Of a DNA stretch of 64,000 nucleotides, positions 36,065-45,843 are shown piece by piece (positions within the stretch are counted from its first letter, which is position 1; every line of letters begins with the position of its first letter). Below the pieces are notes generated by a model that was given only the letters and a program-made list of their open reading frames with translations, was not told where the DNA came from and did no database searches. The position numbers and the translations under genes are program-made. Origin of the DNA: an uncultured Victivallales bacterium (GTDB lineage: Bacteria > Verrucomicrobiota > Lentisphaeria > Victivallales > UBA1829); NCBI GenBank assembly GCA_934644965.1, contig CAKUDG010000016.1, positions 1,180-65,179 of the forward strand. The letters are read 5' to 3'.

Positions 36065-36883
36065 ATGGGTTCAAACGGACCTGTACTGAATCTGCTGTTT
36101 GTGGGAGACGTTGTCGGGAAAGGCGGGCGTGCCGCGGTCAGGGAGCTGGTGCCGGAGCTGAGAAGGAAGTACAACTGTTCCTTCTGCATTGTGAATGCGG
36201 AGAATTCTGCGAACGGCTCGGGCCTGAACAGTTCCACAATCCGGGACATGGGTGCTGCGGCGGAAGTGTATACCTCAGGCGACCATGTCTGGGATCAGAA
36301 AAGCTTTGAAAGCGAAATCCGGGATCTGAAGAACGTGCTCCGTCCTGCGAACATGAGCCGTCTTCAGCCGGGGAAGGGCTGGGGGGTGTTCCAGAATCCG
36401 GCCGGGGGATCGGTGGCGGTCATCAATCTGATGGGGAAGGTGTTTATGCGGGACAGTGCGTACTGCCCTTTTGAAACGGCCGAAGAGATCCTGAAACAGA
36501 TTCCATGTACGGTCAAGTGCATCATTGTCGATTTTCATGCGGAAGCGACCAGCGAAAAACTGGCGATGGCATGGTTTCTGAACGGCCGCGTGACCGCCGT
36601 GATCGGGACCCATACCCATGTACAGACGGCGGATGGAAGGATTCTGCCGGAAGGAACGGCCATGCTGACCGATGTCGGAATGGTCGGGGGACAGGATTCC
36701 ATTCTGGGGCGGGATGTGTCAGATGTGCTCCGGAAATTCCGGACCGGCATGCCTGTGCGTCTGAATGTGACGGAGAAGAACATCCGTCTGGACGCCGCTG
36801 TCATTTCCTATGAACTCAACACAGGAAAGGCCGTCGCCATCCGGCCCCTTTCCGAATTTCATCATCCCACGGAGGAGGAGTAA
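36065..36883 (+). CDS. ymdB: YmdB-family metallophosphoesterase (2',3'-cyclic-nucleotide phosphodiesterase, TIGR00282-like)
   Basis: LNLLFVGDVVGKGGR, NAENSANGSGL, DFHAEATSEK, GTHTHVQTAD. Confidence 0.88.
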   Translation: MGSNGPVLNLLFVGDVVGKGGRAAVRELVPELRRKYNCSFCIVNAENSANGSGLNSSTIRDMGAAAEVYTSGDHVWDQKSFESEIRDLKNVLRPANMSRLQPGKGWGVFQNPAGGSVAVINLMGKVFMRDSAYCPFETAEEILKQIPCTVKCIIVDFHAEATSEKLAMAWFLNGRVTAVIGTHTHVQTADGRILPEGTAMLTDVGMVGGQDSILGRDVSDVLRKFRTGMPVRLNVTEKNIRLDAAVISYELNTGKAVAIRPLSEFHHPTEEE

Positions 36884-36888
36884 ATACC

Positions 36889-37752
36889 ATGCCTGTTCAC
36901 CCGCTTGACTGGAAAAGAATCGATCTTCTCATTGACCTGGCTCTGGAGGAGGATCTCGGAGAAAACGGCGACATCACCACCGATTCCGTCATTCCCGAAG
37001 ACCTTTCCGCGAAGGCCGTGTTTCTCTGCAAGGAGGATCTGGTCTGCGCCGGTCTTCCGGTGGCGGAACGGCTCTTTCATCGTCTTTCCCCGGAAATTGT
37101 TTTCACGGGAAAGGCGGAGGAGGGAGCTTTCTGTCCGAAAGGGAGCGTCCTTGCCGAAATGAAGGGCCCCGCAAGGGCGCTTCTGACCGGGGAGCGGACG
37201 GCTCTGAATTTTCTTCAGCGTCTCTGCGGAATTGCCACCGCCTCGCACCGCTATCAGGAGCTGGCGGGAGAAAAGGCGCAGATCCTGGATACGAGAAAAA
37301 CGACTCCGGGATGGAGAAACCTGGAAAAATACGCCGTTTCCGTCGGAGGCGCACACAACCACAGAATCGGACTCTTCGACCGGGTGATGATCAAGGACAA
37401 CCACCGGGAACTGGCCGGACTCGAAGGAACCGGAGGAATCCTCCGCTCCGTCGAACGCGCACGGAAACGCTTCCCCGGATTTGAAGTGGAGGTCGAGGTC
37501 GATTCCCTGGATGAACTTGCGGAAGCCCTGGAAAGTGGCGCGGAATACATCCTGCTGGACAACATGAGCTGCGGAGACATGAAGAAAGCAGTCGATCTCA
37601 CCGCGCACCGTTCCAGACTGGAAGCCAGCGGAAATGTCACCCTTGCCCGGGTCGGAGCCATTGCTGAGACCGGAGTTGATTTCATTTCCTCCGGTGCTCT
37701 CACCCATTCGGTCAAGTCTGCGGACATTTCCATGGATATCGTGCTTTCCTGA
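36889..37752 (+). CDS. nadC: Nicotinate-nucleotide diphosphorylase (carboxylating), quinolinate phosphoribosyltransferase
   Basis: LTGERTALNFLQRLCGIAT, ILDTRKTTPG, IKDNH, ILLDNM, EASGNV. Confidence 0.92.
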   Translation: MPVHPLDWKRIDLLIDLALEEDLGENGDITTDSVIPEDLSAKAVFLCKEDLVCAGLPVAERLFHRLSPEIVFTGKAEEGAFCPKGSVLAEMKGPARALLTGERTALNFLQRLCGIATASHRYQELAGEKAQILDTRKTTPGWRNLEKYAVSVGGAHNHRIGLFDRVMIKDNHRELAGLEGTGGILRSVERARKRFPGFEVEVEVDSLDELAEALESGAEYILLDNMSCGDMKKAVDLTAHRSRLEASGNVTLARVGAIAETGVDFISSGALTHSVKSADISMDIVLS

Positions 37753-37774
37753 CCTTCTGCGGGACCGCAGAAGG
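37753..37774 (+). other. 9-bp GC-rich hairpin immediately after the nadC stop (terminator-like, no U-tract)
   Basis: CCTTCTGCG-ggac-CGCAGAAGG. Confidence 0.35.
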
Positions 37775-38055
37775 GCGAAGACTCCGGGAGGACGGCGAAA
37801 AAAAAGTCCCTCCCCCAGAGGGAAAGCCCCCCGGGCAGAAACGGGAGAAAGACCGCTTGGAAAGAATCGGAAGCCCCTTCTCCCCTTGTTTTTTCAGCAG
37901 AAGCTTTTATATTTCCTCCACATCATGTTCCACATTGAAGAAGACGTGATTTCACAAAAAGAAGCGGAGCGGCGCTTCTTCCCCCGCCGGATAGAAGTCC
38001 ACGGCGGCGGCTCCGCCGCGGCATCGCAGACAAAGAAAAAAAGGACAGGCGACGC

Positions 38056-38679
38056 ATGATTGCACAGCTCAGAGGGAAAATCGTTTCGGCGAGTTTGACG
38101 GAAGTGGTTCTTGATGTCAACGGAGTCGGCTACCGTGTCTTCATTCCCGTCAGCACTTACGATGCTCTTCCCAGAGAGGGCGGGGAAGCCCTTCTCCTGA
38201 CTCATATGCATGTCCGGGAAGACGCCATTCAGCTCTTCGGTTTTTCCACCCGCCAGGAGCTGCTCATTTTTGAACTGCTGATCACGGTCAACGGGATCGG
38301 TGCGAAAACGGCACTGAACATTCTGAGCAGTTTGAACATTCCCTCCTTCTGTTCAGCGGTGGCGGCGGGAGATGTGCGTTCGCTGAAAAAGATCAACGGA
38401 GTCGGTCCGAAATCGGCGGAACGCATGATTGTGGAGCTCAGGGACAAAATTGAAAGCATCATGCCTGAATTCTCCACCGCAGTTTCCGGAGAGCGGAACG
38501 GCAGCTCCGCCGCAGGAAGCTGCAAGGAACTGGACGATGCCCTCCTGGCTTTGGAACAGCTCGGATTCCAGCGGGCAAAAATCCAGAAACTTGTCACCGA
38601 AATCTCTTCCGCCATTCCCGAGGAACAGAGATCCAGCGAGAATATCATCCGGAAGGCTCTTCAGGCGCTGAACAAATGA
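38056..38679 (+). CDS. ruvA: Holliday junction branch migration complex subunit RuvA
   Basis: MIAQLRGKIV...VLDVNGVGYRVFIP, HhH motifs (VNGIGAKTALNIL, INGVGPKSAERM), and C-terminal domain III. Confidence 0.92.
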   Translation: MIAQLRGKIVSASLTEVVLDVNGVGYRVFIPVSTYDALPREGGEALLLTHMHVREDAIQLFGFSTRQELLIFELLITVNGIGAKTALNILSSLNIPSFCSAVAAGDVRSLKKINGVGPKSAERMIVELRDKIESIMPEFSTAVSGERNGSSAAGSCKELDDALLALEQLGFQRAKIQKLVTEISSAIPEEQRSSENIIRKALQALNK

Positions 38680-38758
38680 ACTTTTGTCCCCCCCCTTCCT
38701 CCTTCTTTTCGGAGGGGCGAGTTCGGAGATCAGAAAAAAAAGAAGGAGTTTCTCTTTC

Positions 38759-39328
38759 ATGGAAGAACAGATTTTATTTCCCAGCTACATTGTTCTGGAC
38801 ATTCCGTCTCCCATGGCGGAGGAAATCCGGAGACTTCGTTCCCGTTTTGATGCCGTCCGTGCCTCGCTTCCCGCGGAAATCACGCTGACCGGATCCTGCG
38901 GGGTGGGGCTGATCCGTCAGGGCCAGACTATCCGGAGCGTGGTGGAGGAAATGCAGAAAATCGCCTCCCGTTTCCCGCCTTTTGCAACGGCGTTCGATCA
39001 TGTTGAACGTTTTCAGAACACGGACATTTATTTTCTGACCGTCCGCGACCCCGGATACTTTATTGAGCTCAACCGCGCGTTTGCGGAATCCGCCATTGAG
39101 TTTGAGCCCAATCCCTACCCGTACAAGCCCCACTGCACGCTGAAACTGCGGAGCAAGCCCACGGAACAGGAACTTTTCGATCTTTTTTTTCTGAATGCCC
39201 CCCGCGGAGAATTCATTTTGGACACCCTTTCCCTCTACGGCATGCATGACATGAACAGCTGCGAACTTCTCGCCAAAGTCGAACTGCAGAAGAAGCCTCC
39301 CCCTGCCTTCTCTGACGCAATACACTGA
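38759..39328 (+). CDS. 2H phosphoesterase superfamily protein (LigT / 2'-5' RNA ligase-like)
   Basis: The second HxT motif is present (PHCTLKL). The first position is degenerate (EITLTG). AGAAGGAG SD lies ~10 nt upstream of the ATG at 38759. Confidence 0.6.
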   Translation: MEEQILFPSYIVLDIPSPMAEEIRRLRSRFDAVRASLPAEITLTGSCGVGLIRQGQTIRSVVEEMQKIASRFPPFATAFDHVERFQNTDIYFLTVRDPGYFIELNRAFAESAIEFEPNPYPYKPHCTLKLRSKPTEQELFDLFFLNAPRGEFILDTLSLYGMHDMNSCELLAKVELQKKPPPAFSDAIH

Positions 39329-39425
39329 TTCTGTCTGATTTGAAAGCAAACGTTTTCCCCCTTTCCGTGCGTGTTTTTTTTCCCGTCTTCCATGTCCCGG
39401 AGACGGAGGCACGGAGCTCAGGGAA

Positions 39426-40280
39426 ATGCAGAAATACAAGGAGATTGACCAGATCATGCCAGCCCCCCAAGCCCATACACTGGAGGAACACCGCGATTAT
39501 CTGCATCAGATTGTCCGGCTTCAGCTCTTCTTTCTTCACCGCTGGCTTACGGCGCATCCGGAGGAAAGTTTCCGCGACGCGATCCGGAACCGTGTGGACA
39601 TCTACCGGAAAACCGATGCGAATCCCGGTCCCATGACTCCCAGCGTCTGCTTCTTCGACGCTCCCGCATGGAAATCCATGGAAGACGAAGCCGAAGCCCT
39701 CTTCCGCCGCTTCCCGGACGACGGCAGCGCATTTGAGAACCATGCCTTTGAAGTCTTCCGGAAATCACTTGACGCCCGCTGTGAACGCGATTACCTGGAT
39801 GAATCCTCTCTGTCCGCCTACCAGTGCGGGAGTCTGCGCTATGAAACCTCTCTCCAGCCGGACGGCGAGACCGTGAACTTCCATATTGCCAACGCCGTGG
39901 CACCGCAGTCGATCTTTTCCGATCCTGACTACCTGAAAAACTGTTTCTTCGAGCTCATGAACCAGACGGAACACACCCTCGGCGCCAGACGCATCGCCAC
40001 CAGTTCATGGCTGAATTCCCATCCCCGCTGGCTGGCTCTCTTCCCGCAGGAATGGCATGAGCGCATGGAAGCGGAAAACCGCAATATCCAGTGGCATTAC
40101 GGATTCTGGGGGCAGTTCATCAATGCCAGGAATACCTTCAATCGGAAATACGGGCAGATCCTCCGGGAAACCGGGGAATTCCCCTTCTATCCCCGCAAAT
40201 CCAGCTGTTCCATTGTGGAAATGAGGAAATTCCTCCGCGGCGGCGAATCCTCCAGTTCCGCAGCAGCTTCCTCCTTGTGA
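39426..40280 (+). CDS. Hypothetical protein, possibly GNAT-like acyltransferase C-terminal fold
   Basis: VNFHIANAV...IATSSWLNSHPRWLALFPQEW resembles the SWLL-P-L pattern of uncharacterised acyltransferase-like proteins. This is a memory-based, weak call. Confidence 0.5.
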   Translation: MQKYKEIDQIMPAPQAHTLEEHRDYLHQIVRLQLFFLHRWLTAHPEESFRDAIRNRVDIYRKTDANPGPMTPSVCFFDAPAWKSMEDEAEALFRRFPDDGSAFENHAFEVFRKSLDARCERDYLDESSLSAYQCGSLRYETSLQPDGETVNFHIANAVAPQSIFSDPDYLKNCFFELMNQTEHTLGARRIATSSWLNSHPRWLALFPQEWHERMEAENRNIQWHYGFWGQFINARNTFNRKYGQILRETGEFPFYPRKSSCSIVEMRKFLRGGESSSSAAASSL

Positions 40281-40383
40281 GCAGCAGCAGGGGGCGGGGA
40301 AAACTGACTTTTTCATGCACGGAAGAACTCCATCCCCGAGTTTTCGGAGAAAGACGGGCGGCGGCGCGGGTTCCCTTAAAGAA

Positions 40384-41976
40384 TCACTCCACTGCATCCC
40401 TGAAAAATTTCCCCACCGTTCTGCGGTCTCTGGGGGAGAGGCGCATTCCCCTGTTTTCGCCTCCGGGAACGGCGGAGCCGGGTTCTCTGAGGAGCGAACC
40501 CCCTGCGGATCCATAGGAATTGTCTTCCGGGCGAAAGACTTCAGGAGCACTGAAGGAAAGTCCGAGCTGTTCACCGGGAATCCTCCGGAGCGATTCGCTG
40601 CGGAGTTTTTCGCGGATGCCCCCCTCTGTGACCTGAGTGTCTGAAGGGGTGTAAATCAAAGGCGCGTCCCCGGGTCCGTGGGAGGGGGATCCGGAACCTG
40701 TATTTCTGCCTGCGGCGGGGAAGGCAGGGCAGTCCGGCCCCCCGGGGCAACCTGGCTGAGTGCAGCGGCAGATGTTCCCGTAAAGCTGTTCCAGTTCCTC
40801 CCGGGTCAGAAATTTTCCTTCCTCCAGGAATTCCTCCGGGTGATCGAGAGCGGAGGAGAATTCTTTCAGAAAATTCCGCAACTCCTCCGCCCGTTCCCGG
40901 GAAAGCGCTCCGGAAGAGGAAAGTTTTTTCATGGCCTCTTCCAGTTTCTTCCCGGACGACTTCAGAGCTTTGGCGAGTTCCTGCGGATCATTCCATTGTT
41001 CCCATCCTCCGGCGGCGGAACCGGAGGCGGAGGAGGAAAGAGCCTCCCCCTCATTCTGTCCGGAGGAGAATTCCGCAGCGAGGCCGGAAAAAAACGGAGT
41101 GCCGGAGGAATTCCGGGACAGGGCTTTGGAAAGTTCCGCCGCCCTTCTGCGCAGATCCGCATTTGCAGTGTCGGAAGGAGCAATTTCGAACGCTGCGGAG
41201 GAAAACCGGGCGTTTCTCAGAAGACGCCCGGTTTCCAGCATGCGCCGGGCGGCGCTGTCGGAAAGATTCTGCACAGCTGCGCTGACACTGTCCAGGGTTT
41301 CAAAAATTCTTGCCGGTTCGTAGGCTGCGGCGTTGTGTTCCAGATTTTCGAGCAGTTGATCCAGCGTCTCCGCGCGTTGCGGATCCACGGAACCCGTTTC
41401 TTTCAGAATTTCCACATTTCCGGCAATTTCCCGTGTCAGGGACCCGACGTTCAGGAGGGCTTCGCTTCCAGCAGCCGAATGGCGCTGGAGGTCTCTTCTC
41501 TCCGGCATGGGGATCCACAGGCACAGCCCCGTGAACAAGAGCGCTCCCAGGCAGAGGAGAATGGGTTTCCTGCAGTCCGTATGAAAATGCAGTTTCCCGT
41601 GTGCGGCGGCGGGGGGGGAGGATTTCCAGTTCCCCAGCGGAACGCCTTCACATGCAGCCATGAAAAGCCCGCCGGACTCTGATATGCGGTCGCAGTATGC
41701 GGCGGCATCCAGAGAGTCAAACTTCATCCTAGCCAGCGCCGCCCCCGCGGGAATCGCCGCGAGCAGCGGCAGAAAGAAGATCGAGGGAAGCAGAAACGCA
41801 TCCCCCGTATCTAAATAGCGCAGCGTCAGGACGATTGCGCCGCCCGGGCAGGCCAGGATGGCAAGGCAGCGGCTGAAGACGTCCAGCCAGACCGTCCGCC
41901 GGCAGAGACGCAGAAGACGCTCCGCAGTACGTCCGTATTCATATCCGTCTTTCTGTTTCTTCCTCATCTCTGCCAT
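40384..41976 (-). CDS. Hypothetical multi-pass membrane protein with long coiled/low-complexity extracytoplasmic region
   Basis: Three to four N-terminal TM helices and then ~380 aa. The C-terminal LSPRDRRTVGKFF motif recalls DUF4175-like tails. The call is weak. Confidence 0.55.
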   Translation of the reverse strand: MAEMRKKQKDGYEYGRTAERLLRLCRRTVWLDVFSRCLAILACPGGAIVLTLRYLDTGDAFLLPSIFFLPLLAAIPAGAALARMKFDSLDAAAYCDRISESGGLFMAACEGVPLGNWKSSPPAAAHGKLHFHTDCRKPILLCLGALLFTGLCLWIPMPERRDLQRHSAAGSEALLNVGSLTREIAGNVEILKETGSVDPQRAETLDQLLENLEHNAAAYEPARIFETLDSVSAAVQNLSDSAARRMLETGRLLRNARFSSAAFEIAPSDTANADLRRRAAELSKALSRNSSGTPFFSGLAAEFSSGQNEGEALSSSASGSAAGGWEQWNDPQELAKALKSSGKKLEEAMKKLSSSGALSRERAEELRNFLKEFSSALDHPEEFLEEGKFLTREELEQLYGNICRCTQPGCPGGPDCPAFPAAGRNTGSGSPSHGPGDAPLIYTPSDTQVTEGGIREKLRSESLRRIPGEQLGLSFSAPEVFRPEDNSYGSAGGSLLREPGSAVPGGENRGMRLSPRDRRTVGKFFRDAVE

Positions 41977-42204
41977 TTTTTCTGCCGTATTCTTTTCCTC
42001 GTTCCCGCATGTTCCGGGAAGGGGAATGGGGGGGTGGGGGAAGCTTTCCTTTTTCCCTATGAAAGGTCCCGTCTCCAGCGGATTCCTCCGAGATTGAATT
42101 TATTCCCGAAAAAACCTTCTGTCAACAGGAAAACGCTTGAAGTTTTCAAGAACAGGTCAATATTTACCCTCATAGCATTTCACAGGGGCCATGAAACAGA
42201 AACC

Positions 42205-44238
42205 ATGAAGATCTACGGAATTTCTCTTGCGGCGGGATACGGCAAACGCCTTCTCCCTCTGACAGCTCATATACCGAAACCTCTGCTGCCCTTCTGCGGC
42301 AAATCCATTATTGACCTTACGCTGGAAAGACTGCTCTTTTCCGGAGGAGCGGAACTCTGCGTGGTCAACACCCATCATCTCGGGTCCCGGCTGGAGGAGC
42401 ATCTTTCCGCTCTTCCGTATGCGGGGAGGCTCCGGATTTTCCCGGAAAAGGAGATCCTCGGGACAGGGGGGCCGTTTGTTCATGCGAAAAGTCTGCTCAG
42501 AGAGGCGGATCTGATTCTGCTTCAGAATGCCGACGTTGTCTGCGATTTTGATGTATCCGCCCTCATAGCTCAGCATGTGGCTGAATCCAATATTGCGACC
42601 ATGGCATTGATTGACGGACCGGAAAACCGTGTCCTCTGCGCGGGGGGAAAAGTGTATGACATTCTCGGGAAGCTGTCGCTTTCCCCTCCGGAGGCATTGT
42701 CCTCCTCGGCGCGTCTTCTCACCTACGGCTGCGTGGCGGCTTTTTCCCCTGAAATTTTCGACTATCTCCCGGAGGAACCCATTTTCTGCAGTCTCATCGA
42801 CGGTATTCTGAATGCCCTGAAAGCCAATCCCGGCCGGATCGGCGCCTATCTTCCGCCCCGGCCGTTTGAGTGGACGGACATCGGATCCTTTGGACAATAT
42901 TTTGAAATACACCGCAGGGCGCTGGAAAAGGATCCGTTCCGCTTCGGGAAGGACTGCCGGATTGGGGAGAATGTCCGGATGTCGGGATTTGTGTCCGCAG
43001 GGGATGGCTGCGAAATCGGAGATGGAGCCGTCCTGTCCGACTGCATTCTGCTTCCGGGGACCGGCATCCGCCCCGGGGCGAAACACGTCCGTGAAGTCAT
43101 CGGCCCGGGCTTTTCCGTTCACCGCGACTACCGGGAAATCAGCGCACTGGACATGGTTTCGGGATTTCTTCCGGATCTTCAGGTTGCGTCCTTTGCGGAA
43201 CAGGGGTCGAGCCGCCGTTTCTACCGTCTCCGAAAAACATCGGCGCCGGAAGAGAGCAGGGTGCTGATGCTGTCCTCGGCGGAAGACGCGGATTTCCAGC
43301 GTTTTATTGACATCGGGCTCTTTTTCTCCGAACACGGTCTTTCCCAGACTCCACGGATCCATTGCTTCGACTCTGCCCGTTTCGCGGTCCTGATGGAGGA
43401 CCTCGGCGATGACACCCTCCACAGTCTCGCCACCCGGCATGCGGACAAATCTTCCCGTCTGGAAGATCTCTACCGGCATGTCATTGATGCTTCCGCCGAC
43501 TTCCAGATCAGGGGAAACACCCTGGTCCAGGAACACTCCTTCCCCCTGCGCCGTTTCGACTATGCCTATCTCCGCTGGGAGTCAGACTACTTCCTGAAGT
43601 TTTTTCTGGAAGCCCTCTGCGGAATCCGGCTGACGGAAGCCGACCGCGCTGCTCTGAAAAAGGAATTCCACACCATTGCGGCGGAGGCGGAGTCCATGCC
43701 GCATCTGCTGATGCACCGGGATTTTCAGTCCCAGAACATTCTGTTTCATCAGGGGCAGGTTCGCTTTGTGGACTATCAGGGCGCACGGATCGGTCCGTAC
43801 GCCTATGACATCATGTCGCTGCTGAAAGACCCCTATTTTATTTTGGAGGACGCTCTCAGGAGCCGTCTGGAACAGTATCATCGGCAGGCGTTGGAGCTTC
43901 TCGGGATGCGGATCGGCCTGGAACAGTACAGAAAGGACTGCACGGTTGTGGCGCTGCAGAGAAACATGCAGTGTCTCGGAGCTTACGGATTTCTCTCCCT
44001 GGTCCGGAAGAAGAGGAGATATCTGTCCTATGTGGAGCCGTGTCTGCGCTATCTGCGTGACAGTCTGCGTTCTGCGGAGGCGTTTTCCGGGGAATGGAAT
44101 CTGAGTCTGCTGTCCGAACTGGCGGCGAAGGCGGAGTCCTCCTTTTCCTGCATGACGGCATCCTCCCTCCCGGAGGGGGGCGGGCGGCTGCCCGACGCCG
44201 GCGCAGGGAACGGCAGTCCTGGAAAGAGGAGATTCTGA
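42205..44238 (+). CDS. Bifunctional sugar-1-phosphate nucleotidyltransferase (NTP_transferase + hexapeptide LbH) / anomeric sugar kinase (APH fold), MurU-AmgK-like fusion
   Basis: N-terminal LAAGYGKRLLPLTAHIPKPLLPF, a mid-region hexapeptide stretch (GENVRMSGFVSAGDGCEIGDGAVLSDC), and C-terminal LMHRDFQSQNILF...FVDYQGAR (APH/AmgK Brenner-like motif). The ATG at 42205 was verified. Confidence 0.8.
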   Translation: MKIYGISLAAGYGKRLLPLTAHIPKPLLPFCGKSIIDLTLERLLFSGGAELCVVNTHHLGSRLEEHLSALPYAGRLRIFPEKEILGTGGPFVHAKSLLREADLILLQNADVVCDFDVSALIAQHVAESNIATMALIDGPENRVLCAGGKVYDILGKLSLSPPEALSSSARLLTYGCVAAFSPEIFDYLPEEPIFCSLIDGILNALKANPGRIGAYLPPRPFEWTDIGSFGQYFEIHRRALEKDPFRFGKDCRIGENVRMSGFVSAGDGCEIGDGAVLSDCILLPGTGIRPGAKHVREVIGPGFSVHRDYREISALDMVSGFLPDLQVASFAEQGSSRRFYRLRKTSAPEESRVLMLSSAEDADFQRFIDIGLFFSEHGLSQTPRIHCFDSARFAVLMEDLGDDTLHSLATRHADKSSRLEDLYRHVIDASADFQIRGNTLVQEHSFPLRRFDYAYLRWESDYFLKFFLEALCGIRLTEADRAALKKEFHTIAAEAESMPHLLMHRDFQSQNILFHQGQVRFVDYQGARIGPYAYDIMSLLKDPYFILEDALRSRLEQYHRQALELLGMRIGLEQYRKDCTVVALQRNMQCLGAYGFLSLVRKKRRYLSYVEPCLRYLRDSLRSAEAFSGEWNLSLLSELAAKAESSFSCMTASSLPEGGGRLPDAGAGNGSPGKRRF

Positions 44239-44241
44239 CAG

Positions 44242-45765
44242 ATGCCTGCAAAAATCCTCCTCACCATGATCGGAGGCCCCATTCAGGGAACCCGCTACCG
44301 CTTCGATGAGCGCATGCTCTGCCTGATCGGCCGGGCGGGGAGCTGTACGCTCCAGCTGACCGGAGAAGCCGGGGAAGGGGTTTCCCGTCATCACTGCCTG
44401 CTGGATCTGCAGCCGCCTTCGGCCTTCATCCGGGATCTCGCCAGCCGGAACGGCACGCTTCTGAACGGCGTCAACATCGGGAAAACCGAACGCAATCAGG
44501 ACAACAGTACACTGGAGACCCACTCCCTTGCTTCCGGAGACGTTTTCCAGATAGGGAGGAATGTCTTCCGGATCGAACTGTTTCCCGCCCTGAAATGCCG
44601 TATCTGCCACAAGGTTCTGCCGGATGGAGAAGCGGAAGTGCAAGCGGGGAAAGAGGATCCCGAAGGTCTCCTTTGTCCGCAATGCCGTGCGGCAGGGCTG
44701 AAAACTCCTGTTTCTGCCGCCGCGGAAACACTTCGGATCCGGAACTGCCGTATCTGCGGAGTGGAGTTCACGACGCTCAGGAATACCGGGGAAAGCCTCT
44801 GTCAGGACTGCCGGAAACGCGTTCCCGACGCCTTTTCCACATGGAAGATGCCGGAAAACGCGGAAGCACCGGATACGCTGCTGCATATTCCCGGATACAA
44901 GGTGCTCCGCCAGATCGGACGCGGAGGGATGGGAGCGGTATATCTGGCGCAGTCTCGCGAGACGCTGGAAAAAGTGGCTGTCAAAGTCCTTCTTCCTGAC
45001 GTTGCCGTTCACGAGAGCTGCCGCGACGATTTCATCCGCGAGGCCGAAAACCTGAAACAGCTCAGGCATCCCAATATCATTGAACTCAAACAGTGCAGCA
45101 GCAGCGGAGGCGCCCTGTACCTGGTTCTGGAATATTGTTCCGGCGGCACGCTGCGGGAATATCTGAATCGGCAGGGGAAGGTTTTCAATCTGCCTATGGC
45201 GCTGAATCTGCTGTACCAGATTCTGGATGCGCTCGACTATGCGCACCATACGCGTCTGACCCAGTTCTCCATGATGGACGTCGAACCCATGGAAGTTTCC
45301 GGACTCGTCCACCGTGACATCAAACCGGAAAACATCTTCATCTGGGAAGGCTACGGCGGCATCTCCGCGAAAATCGCCGATTTCGGCATTTCCAAAGCCT
45401 ACGATCTTGCCGGAATCAGCGGCTGGACGCGTACAGGAGACTTTTCCGGCACGCTCGGCTTCATCCCGAAACAGCAGTTCCTGAATTTTAAATACGTCAA
45501 ACCCGAAGTCGACGTCTGGGCCGCCGCGGCCACGTTCTTCTACATGCTGACGGGAAAGCCTCCGCGCAGATTCTCTCCCAAAGAGGATATTGCCAAACTT
45601 TTTGAAGAACACCCGATTCCCGTCCGGGCGCTGAATCCGGATATTCCTCTTCCCATTGCCCAGACCCTTCACGCCGCCCTTGAAGACCGCAGGGAACTCA
45701 AGTTCAAAAGTGCCGCCGCCCTGAAATTCGCCATGCAGGATGCCGCAAAGAAAGCGTCTCTCTGA
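44242..45765 (+). CDS. FHA domain - double zinc-ribbon - Hanks-type Ser/Thr protein kinase
   Basis: FHA region (CLIGRAGSCTLQL..VSRHHCLL...SRNGTLLNG). Two CxxC-n-CxxC pairs (CRICHK...CPQC; CRICGV...CQDC). Kinase motifs GRGGMGAVY, VAVKVL, HRDIKPENIF and ADFGISKA. It starts 4 nt after the upstream stop. Confidence 0.88.
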   Translation: MPAKILLTMIGGPIQGTRYRFDERMLCLIGRAGSCTLQLTGEAGEGVSRHHCLLDLQPPSAFIRDLASRNGTLLNGVNIGKTERNQDNSTLETHSLASGDVFQIGRNVFRIELFPALKCRICHKVLPDGEAEVQAGKEDPEGLLCPQCRAAGLKTPVSAAAETLRIRNCRICGVEFTTLRNTGESLCQDCRKRVPDAFSTWKMPENAEAPDTLLHIPGYKVLRQIGRGGMGAVYLAQSRETLEKVAVKVLLPDVAVHESCRDDFIREAENLKQLRHPNIIELKQCSSSGGALYLVLEYCSGGTLREYLNRQGKVFNLPMALNLLYQILDALDYAHHTRLTQFSMMDVEPMEVSGLVHRDIKPENIFIWEGYGGISAKIADFGISKAYDLAGISGWTRTGDFSGTLGFIPKQQFLNFKYVKPEVDVWAAAATFFYMLTGKPPRRFSPKEDIAKLFEEHPIPVRALNPDIPLPIAQTLHAALEDRRELKFKSAAALKFAMQDAAKKASL

Positions 45766-45843
45766 CACATGGAAACACGGCAGAACGGGAACTCGAAAAC
45801 TTATTTTACTTAAGAACAACAGAGAAAGGACCCTCCCCCGCCG

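Noticed and set aside
43582-45819. 745-aa ORF on the minus strand
   Set aside because: It lies antisense across the nucleotidyltransferase/kinase fusion and the FHA-kinase, both of which have clear motifs on the plus strand. It is a shadow ORF.
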